This document shows, one piece after another, positions 7,505 to 12,646 of a DNA stretch of 12,646 bases. The notes beneath the pieces were generated by a model. It was not told where the DNA came from, made no database searches, and saw nothing but the letters and a program-made list of their open reading frames with translations. The stretch lies in the IMG/VR virus record IMGVR_UViG_2531839662_000020; one strand, 5' to 3'. Both the position numbers and the translations under genes were made by a program. How positions within the stretch are numbered: the stretch's first letter is position 1; every line of letters starts with the position of its first letter. The stretch comes from a virus (Duplodnaviria; Heunggongvirae; Uroviricota; Caudoviricetes).

Positions 7505-7653
7505 GAAGGTTTTCTCGTATTGGTTAAGATTCAGGACGTGAAACCAACACGGAGGGAGCGCCGCCCGACACTCTCGGCATCTCGCAGATCAACCCGGCAT
7601 CGCGCAGGGGGTCAGGCGGCATTGTGGCGGCTCACGTCTGAGTGCCACACGCC

Positions 7654-7726
7654 AACATATACATAAAAATCAGTATGTAAACATCAGCCAGAATCACCGA
7701 ACAACCTGGAACAACCACGAACAAAT
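7654..7726 (-). promoter_or_regulatory. Candidate activator-dependent late promoter for the capsid operon
   Basis: On the minus strand: -35 TTTACA (7676-7681), 16-bp spacer, -10 TATGTT (7654-7659). Upstream are three direct repeats GGTTGTTC / GGTTGTTC / ATTTGTTC with 10-bp phasing (plus-strand GAACAACC at 7699-7706 and 7709-7716, GAACAAAT at 7719-7726). Confidence 0.35.
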
Positions 7727-7741
7727 AATTTACAAAACCTG

Positions 7742-7770
7742 AAAAAAAGACCTGGAGAAAATCCAGGCCT
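7742..7770 (-). terminator. Rho-independent terminator ending the early/replication operon
   Basis: On the minus-strand transcript: stem 7762-7770 pairs with 7748-7756 (9 bp, one mismatch), loop 7757-7761, then a U7 run (plus-strand A7 at 7742-7748). Lies 9 nt after the stop of the 82-aa gene. Confidence 0.65.
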
Positions 7771-7778
7771 TTATCGCT

Positions 7779-8027
7779 TTATTGTTTCACTGGATCCCGC
7801 ATTCTGCGTCTTATTTTCCACAGATATTCGATCATCGCTTCCACCTGCTCACGATTGGTTGCGAAAATTTCCCCGGTCAGTGAGCTGCGCAGAAAATCAT
7901 GATGATCCACAACAAACAACGCATCGGAAGAAAGCAGACGGCGATATTTTTTTGCTGTCGTGGTTTCCAGATCATCAAAACCATGAAACTTTTTATGTTG
8001 CTGGACTTCTTCAAATGTCACTGGCAT
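7779..8027 (-). CDS. Hypothetical protein, 82 aa, translationally coupled to the ProQ/FinO gene
   Basis: ATG start at 8027 overlaps the upstream gene's 3' end by 10 nt. No family recognised. Followed by the terminator. Confidence 0.5.
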   Translation of the reverse strand: MPVTFEEVQQHKKFHGFDDLETTTAKKYRRLLSSDALFVVDHHDFLRSSLTGEIFATNREQVEAMIEYLWKIRRRMRDPVKQ

Positions 8028-8560
8028 GTATCCCCCTTTGCTGCCCGGCGCTGGCGCTTGTGCTTCTCATTCAGCGCCATCAGCCGCGTTTCTGCCTCCT
8101 GCTGTTCCTGTGGTGTCACTTCCCCACATGGCTGGCCTTTCAGGTCGTATCGTACCCCACCAGCAACCAGGGCGCGGTAATAGCGCGGAGACTGCGCATA
8201 AGATGCCAGCGTCGCACGTAATGCCCCCGGCCCGAATGCCAGCCCCCTGACGGCGAGATCCTGCATCAGGTCGTCGAATATCCCCACCTTAAGCGGCTTC
8301 GGTGCTTCCCTGTTGAATAAGTCAGGCCACATCTCAGTGAGGCGGTTAACGCGCCTGCGGTTTTTGCGCTGGCGTTTGGTCATATGCCGCCACGGTGTCA
8401 CCCCTGTGGGCTGCCCTTTGCGGCTCTGCTGTGCGTTCTGATTGCCGGGTATCACTTTATGCGCCGATGTGGTTTTATCCCGCTCTTGCGCCGCCTGCGT
8501 CGTTTTCTGCGGCGTGCCGTAAATGCCTTTCGGTTTTCGGTTAATGGTCAGCTTTGTCAT
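8018..8560 (-). CDS. ProQ/FinO-domain RNA-binding protein with basic N-terminal extension
   Basis: C-terminal two-thirds (WPDLFNREAPKPLKVGIFDDL...LRATLASYAQSPRYYRALVAGGVRYDLKGQPCGEVTPQEQQEA) matches the ProQ/FinO N-terminal domain pattern recalled from E. coli ProQ. N-terminal about 70 aa is Lys/Arg/Gln-rich. AGGGGAAGG RBS. Confidence 0.75.
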   Translation of the reverse strand: MTKLTINRKPKGIYGTPQKTTQAAQERDKTTSAHKVIPGNQNAQQSRKGQPTGVTPWRHMTKRQRKNRRRVNRLTEMWPDLFNREAPKPLKVGIFDDLMQDLAVRGLAFGPGALRATLASYAQSPRYYRALVAGGVRYDLKGQPCGEVTPQEQQEAETRLMALNEKHKRQRRAAKGDTCQ

Positions 8561-8596
8561 GCCTTCCCCTGTAATTACTCTGTTCGCTGTTGTGAA

Positions 8597-9022
8597 TTAA
8601 AACGGTATGTTATCCCCGTACAGGTCATCGTGCTGGCCTGTCTGTTGTTTTGCCCTGTTCAGTGCGTCAGTGGCCTGCCCCTGTTGGCCTTTTTTGCCGC
8701 CCGGTCGCGCCGTTCTCGCACTGATTACGCTGTCTGCGATGACCTGCCAGCCCTGCCGCGTTTCGCCGTTCTGCCCTGTCCACTGGCTTACCTGCATGTT
8801 ACCCGCCACGTTCACCAGTTCGCCTTTGCGGTGTTTTGCCAGTGCGTCGGCCTGTCTGCCAAACGCCAGGACGGATAACCACATCGTCGCCGTTCCGTCA
8901 TCTGCCTGGCTGCATGGCAGGGGAACCGCCATACTCGCCATCGCCATTTGTGTTCCCTTGCTGGTGGTCTTTAACTGCGGGTCAGCCACCAGCCGCCCGT
9001 AAGCCGCTATCTGTGCTGTCAT
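8597..9022 (-). CDS. ssb: Single-stranded DNA-binding protein (SSB)
   Basis: 141 aa. OB-fold-like N-terminal region (GRLVADPQLK...), Gly/Gln-rich linker, and acidic C-terminal tail DDLYGDNIPF resembling the SSB DDDIPF tip. Confidence 0.8.
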   Translation of the reverse strand: MTAQIAAYGRLVADPQLKTTSKGTQMAMASMAVPLPCSQADDGTATMWLSVLAFGRQADALAKHRKGELVNVAGNMQVSQWTGQNGETRQGWQVIADSVISARTARPGGKKGQQGQATDALNRAKQQTGQHDDLYGDNIPF

Positions 9023-9085
9023 GCTGTCTGCTCTCCGGTTTTAACGTTGATGGTTACGCTTGTTTACACCCTTACGGTGAAATTC

Positions 9086-9219
9086 TGCGGGTTATAATCG
9101 CACTTTTGCGGGTTATAACTGCCGTTTTGCGGGTTACGTGCGGGTTATTGATTTCCTTTTTATTCATACAGTTAATGCACTTATATACATGATAACCCGC
9201 ATAACCCGCATAACCCGCA
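9086..9219. repeat. Iteron cluster A: 4 direct TGCGGGTTA(T/C) repeats (spacing 21/21/11 bp), AT-rich spacer, 3 tandem inverted ATAACCCGC
   Basis: Direct copies at 9086-9095, 9107-9116, 9128-9137 and 9139-9148. AT-rich stretch 9149-9191. Inverted tandem copies across 9192-9219. Lies in the 220-bp gap between the primase-helicase stop and ssb start. Confidence 0.75.
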
Positions 9220-9241
9220 ACTTTTCACCTCACACAGGGGG

Positions 9242-11365
9242 TTAATCTTCTGCCTCAGGCTGGAACATCAGCACGTAAAAAACATGCTGCTTCCCCCCAA
9301 TTTTGCCGAGCGCCTTTTTCTTGTAACGGCGATCGTTACCCGCTTCCAGCATTCCGGCAGCACTCAACGCGCGGGCAAAGTGAGACGGATTAAATCCCTG
9401 TGCTATCTCACCCTCAAATACATGCGGGAACGTGTAAAAACGGAACTCGTCATCTTCGTTTCTGATACTCCCCTTTCTGTATCCGGCAAGTTCTTTAATC
9501 GGTAAATCACGCTCGTCGGTATTGGGCCACGGAAGGTATCTGCTGAATCCGAACGACGCTAAAAAAGCTTCTGCCTGTTCAACCATCTGTTTAAATTCCC
9601 TGTTACCCGTGCCGAACTCCTTCACCCAGGCATTAAAATTATGCTGTATGGCATCGCGGCATTCCTGCTCATCCCAGCCAGTAACATGACCTGAAAGCAC
9701 AAGCGCGGCCTCCAGTATGGCAAATCGCTCCCCCACACGGTGAACCTGTTCGCCGTAGCTCTCCGGTATCAGGTTGCGCCACCGCTCACGGCATGTCCTT
9801 ACCGTGTCCTTTGCCTCCTGCTGGTGTTCTGCCAGCCATTTAACCCACTCACGACCCGCCGCCCCGTGATTTTCTGTCCAGGCATCCTTTAACGCGTCTG
9901 CGTGCGCCTTTCCGGTGCTGTATTCGTGAAATTGCGTGGCTTTTTCCATCGGAACGTTAAGCAGGCGGACAAGCTGCCCCGCTTTGACTTTTATCCCCTC
10001 CGTTTTGAGGAATGTCTCAACGTCCATTTCTCCGGTGCTGATTGCCACCGTGCGCCAGTGTTTGATCTCCCTGTTGCCGCCGTCCTTCGCCCCCTGTAAT
10101 TTCCCCGAACCGTTAAACAGCGTATAGGCTGACGTGGACACCTCCCGCGCGTTTCCGGCCTGGCCTATTTCATCCAGGGGTAAAAGCCCGTCATTGTGTG
10201 CCTCTGCTTCGTTGGCGATACCTAACGCTGTGCCGTACCAGGTCAGCCGCTGCGCGTCCGGCTCTCCCCATAAACTTGATGCGATGTTCTGTGTGGTGGT
10301 TTTCCCTGCCGATGACTGTTCGAAAAGATGTACCCCGAAGCCGTCAGCGCCCACCAGCCCGATTAATGGTGCGGATAACGATACCGCCACACCCAGCATC
10401 ATGGACGGATTACCACCAGCCAGCCGCGCAACGATATCGCGCCAGCCCTCCGCCGTTCCTGCCACGGAATAGCCATTAACAGCAGCCGTTTTTCCGGTAA
10501 ACAGGACTGGCTTTTCGCAATCACCAATGACCGAACCGTCCGGCATGATGTACGCGCCAAAATGCCAGCCCGTTGTTGTGCTTAACTGCCATTCCTCATG
10601 GCTTCCGCTTAACTGCATCCAGTCAGCCAGGATAGCCCTGTATTTACCGTTGGTTGTTACGTTCAGTCCGTGGTCTTTCAGCAACCGCCAGCCGTCACGG
10701 TCGCCAATGCCACCGCACGGAACCGCCATTGTGATGACTTCATGGTTTGCTAATTTTTTCCAGCGCATCACGCGGTAATGCTCTTTACCGATTGTCCCCG
10801 TTCCCAGTAGTTCAAGCGGGGAACATAACCACGTCTCAGGCCGGATAATTTCGCCTGACTGCTTATCCACTTTTGGCGTTACCCAGAAAACACCATCGGC
10901 GCGACTTTCAACGCGGGGCTTTAATTCATCATCGCCCTGGATTTCTGTGATTTTTTTCTTTAAGGGCAACACCAGACTTTCCCCGCGCTCGTATTCGTCT
11001 TTGAGGCGAGGCAACTGGTCGGATAAATCCGCCGGGCTGATGTCAGTTATCCCCGCGTATTCGTATACGGTCTTCACGCCAGCCACAGCCAGCAACGTGA
11101 CGATCTGTGTAAGGCTACGTTCAGTGATGTGCCCTGCGCGGTAAACACGCACACACTGACGGCTATCATCAATAATTTGATAACCGGTAATATCTTTCAG
11201 GTGTTCATCTGACAGAACGACAGGCGGCACATTGTCGGCGGCAATATGCTTACCTGCCCATTCCTGCCACTCTTTCGCATGGCTCCACGCATCACTACCC
11301 GCAAAGATGATAACCTCCGTCATTTTGTCGGCTGGCTGGTGCTTTAAGTTTGGTGCGCGCTTCAT
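9242..11365 (-). CDS. Replicative primase-helicase (toprim-like N-terminus, P-loop NTPase core; DUF927-like)
   Basis: 707 aa. Walker A-like SSAGKTTT in the central region. Overall resemblance to satellite and prophage primase/helicase replication proteins. ATGA overlap with the upstream small gene. Followed by iterons. Confidence 0.8.
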   Translation of the reverse strand: MKRAPNLKHQPADKMTEVIIFAGSDAWSHAKEWQEWAGKHIAADNVPPVVLSDEHLKDITGYQIIDDSRQCVRVYRAGHITERSLTQIVTLLAVAGVKTVYEYAGITDISPADLSDQLPRLKDEYERGESLVLPLKKKITEIQGDDELKPRVESRADGVFWVTPKVDKQSGEIIRPETWLCSPLELLGTGTIGKEHYRVMRWKKLANHEVITMAVPCGGIGDRDGWRLLKDHGLNVTTNGKYRAILADWMQLSGSHEEWQLSTTTGWHFGAYIMPDGSVIGDCEKPVLFTGKTAAVNGYSVAGTAEGWRDIVARLAGGNPSMMLGVAVSLSAPLIGLVGADGFGVHLFEQSSAGKTTTQNIASSLWGEPDAQRLTWYGTALGIANEAEAHNDGLLPLDEIGQAGNAREVSTSAYTLFNGSGKLQGAKDGGNREIKHWRTVAISTGEMDVETFLKTEGIKVKAGQLVRLLNVPMEKATQFHEYSTGKAHADALKDAWTENHGAAGREWVKWLAEHQQEAKDTVRTCRERWRNLIPESYGEQVHRVGERFAILEAALVLSGHVTGWDEQECRDAIQHNFNAWVKEFGTGNREFKQMVEQAEAFLASFGFSRYLPWPNTDERDLPIKELAGYRKGSIRNEDDEFRFYTFPHVFEGEIAQGFNPSHFARALSAAGMLEAGNDRRYKKKALGKIGGKQHVFYVLMFQPEAED

Positions 11366-11676
11366 TTTGCCTTTCCCCGTTCACGAATAATTTCACGTAC
11401 TGCCTTAATGCGTTCCATTCCTGTAACGCGCATGATTCTGTCGATGTCGCTTAATTCTGCTGGTGGTGCTTTACTTACCAAGGTGAACTCCCTGTCAAAG
11501 CGCATATGTGACGACACGCAGGGATGCGCATAACCTTCGCGGATATAGGTCACACGAAAATCATCGACGGTTTTGATCGTTATCGTGCTGCCGTATTTAT
11601 CCTGGAAAATATCGCCGGGGCGGATTTCAGGCCGAGCGGGGCCGCTGGCAGTAAAGCCAGAATTTTTCTTTTTCAT
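11362..11676 (-). CDS. Hypothetical protein, 104 aa
   Basis: ATG with GGAG upstream. Stop overlaps the primase-helicase start (ATGA). Basic C-terminus. No family confidently recognised. Confidence 0.55.
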   Translation of the reverse strand: MKKKNSGFTASGPARPEIRPGDIFQDKYGSTITIKTVDDFRVTYIREGYAHPCVSSHMRFDREFTLVSKAPPAELSDIDRIMRVTGMERIKAVREIIRERGKAK

Positions 11677-11681
11677 GTTTT

Positions 11682-11900
11682 TTACTCCAGAGGCAGCTTT
11701 TTAGCGGCGAGCTCAATATCAGATGTCAGAGAAACCTGTGTATTTGCCAGGTCTAACAACAAAGAAATAAGAATTTCTTCTCTGCTATCGGATTTATCGG
11801 TGCTAAGGCTGTTCATCCACATATTGACGACTTCCCTGATTTTTTTCGCAGAGTGCAGGGCTTCAAATGCCAGGTCTTCAATATCATGTTTATTTCGCAT
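11682..11900 (-). CDS. Hypothetical protein, about 72 aa (start uncertain: 11900, 11915 or 11930)
   Basis: Track ORF 11682-11930 has a TTG start. The in-frame ATG at 11900 is preceded by a G-rich SD-like run. Overlaps the 3' end of the upstream gene. Predicted helical. Confidence 0.45.
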   Translation of the reverse strand: MRNKHDIEDLAFEALHSAKKIREVVNMWMNSLSTDKSDSREEILISLLLDLANTQVSLTSDIELAAKKLPLE

Positions 11901-12252
11901 AATCGCCCCCGCCATTTTCACAATCAGCAATCAGGATGGCTTTTGCCTCATTCAGCGCCATATCAGCACTAAATTGCATAACAGCCAGTGAGTGAGGAAC
12001 GAAAGCCCCGGCATATTCTGTTTCGCTGGTGGCCTCAATGGTAATCACACGCGGTTGTGCCGTGCTCAGGGCGATAAAACGCCAGATGTATTTATTCAGG
12101 TTGTGCAAGTCCCGCCCTTGCGGGTGTGTGGTATGATTTAACATAGCTACCTCGATAATCTTGCTATCGTTGGTGGTTAGAAGCCCGGTTAGTGTTAGCG
12201 CACTGCCGGGTTTCGTCGTTTGTATTTCAATAAAACCATTGGTGTGTTTCAT
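11890..12252 (-). CDS. Hypothetical protein, 120 aa, first gene of the early operon (alternative start at 12144 gives 84 aa)
   Basis: 3' portion of the 247-aa track ORF. The part upstream of 12252 is antisense to the plus-strand gene and low-complexity, so is rejected. ATG at 12252 lacks an SD; the ATG at 12144 has GAGGT 5 nt upstream. Confidence 0.45.
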   Translation of the reverse strand: MKHTNGFIEIQTTKPGSALTLTGLLTTNDSKIIEVAMLNHTTHPQGRDLHNLNKYIWRFIALSTAQPRVITIEATSETEYAGAFVPHSLAVMQFSADMALNEAKAILIADCENGGGDYAK

Positions 12253-12340
12253 GTTATTTTGGAGTGAAACACACGTCAAGCCTTTTTTGTATTTCTTTTT
12301 TGTGTATACTGAAACACACCAAATTTGAGGAGTTTCAGTT
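12241..12340. promoter_or_regulatory. Divergent control region with three copies of TGAAACACAC(C/G)
   Basis: Copies at 12241-12251 (inverted, overlapping the ATG at 12252), 12264-12274 and 12310-12320. The first two form an 11-bp-arm inverted repeat with a 13-bp spacer. Plus-strand -10-like TATACT at 12305-12310 and GAGGAG RBS at 12326-12331. Confidence 0.5.
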
Positions 12341-12646
12341 ATGGCGACTACCAACAAAAACGCTAAATCACAATTGACCACCGTCAGAGTCCCCCACGAT
12401 GTTATGGAGGGCATGGAATCCGTAAAACTGGACGGCGAAAGCAACGCCGGATTCATAGTAACCGCCATGCGCGGTGAGATCGCCCGCCGCCAGGCAGAAG
12501 GAAGCGGAGAAAATCCCCTGGTTTCTTCGCTCGATGCACTGGCGCAGGTGGAAAAAATTGGAGTCAAGGCTGCCGAGGAGATCGGGCAACTCGTCGCCGT
12601 CGCGCGTGAAGAACTCCAGCGCCGCAAGGCCAAAGAATCAGAATAA
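12341..12646 (+). CDS. Putative small DNA-binding regulator (possible ribbon-helix-helix fold)
   Basis: 101 aa. Strong GAGGAG RBS 9 nt upstream of ATG. Only plus-strand gene, divergent from the early operon. N-terminal LTTVRVPHDVMEGMESV fits a beta-strand-then-helix RHH pattern; fold assignment is tentative. Confidence 0.6.
   Translation: MATTNKNAKSQLTTVRVPHDVMEGMESVKLDGESNAGFIVTAMRGEIARRQAEGSGENPLVSSLDALAQVEKIGVKAAEEIGQLVAVAREELQRRKAKESE

Larger units (their letters stand above)
1..12646. mobile_element. Phage satellite / capsid-forming PICI-like island (partial; integrase end and att sites not in window)
   Basis: Replication module (primase-helicase, SSB, iterons) plus a complete head and DNA-packaging module, with no tail or lysis genes. 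Genes are co-oriented and translationally coupled. The island class assignment is inference. Confidence 0.55.

Noticed and set aside
8384-9002. Plus-strand ORFs 8384-8878 and 8607-9002 antisense to the ProQ/FinO and ssb genes
   Set aside because: Antisense shadow ORFs (Cys/Leu/Arg-rich, no RBS). The minus-strand frames have recognisable domains.
9284-11144. Multiple plus-strand ORFs antisense to the primase-helicase gene (for example 10134-10472, 10198-10479, 10527-10778)
   Set aside because: All lie within and antisense to a 707-aa gene with a P-loop motif. Composition is typical of GC-rich antisense frames.
11890-12633. 247-aa minus-strand ORF spanning the divergent region
   Set aside because: The part above about 12252 is Ser/Ala/Thr/Pro-rich low-complexity sequence, antisense to a well-formed plus-strand gene with a strong RBS. 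Only the 3' portion (11890-12252) is kept.

Overview
The window reads as most of a compact mobile element of enterobacterial type with phage-satellite character (my inference: a capsid-forming PICI-like island). Nearly all genes are on the minus strand, in two tightly coupled polycistronic blocks separated by an intrinsic terminator at about 7742-7770. The early/replication block (12252 down to 7779) holds three small unknown genes, a 707-aa toprim/P-loop primase-helicase, an SSB, a ProQ/FinO-domain protein and a small coupled ORF. The late block (7504 down to 1192) holds an HK97-type major capsid protein, prohead protease, portal, gp6-like head-tail connector, HNH endonuclease, P27-type small terminase, large terminase and a 94-aa ORF. 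There are no tail, lysis or integrase genes in the window. A single plus-strand gene (12341-12646, RHH-like regulator candidate) diverges from the early block across a short region carrying three copies of a 10-bp motif. Two clusters of GCGGGTTAT iterons with mirror-image architecture (475-629 and 9086-9219) look like a bipartite replication origin. The left 1.2 kb (1-1190) has no convincing ORF but is dense in palindromes, hairpins and repeats. All protein family calls are by-eye motif recognition and need HMM or BLAST confirmation.
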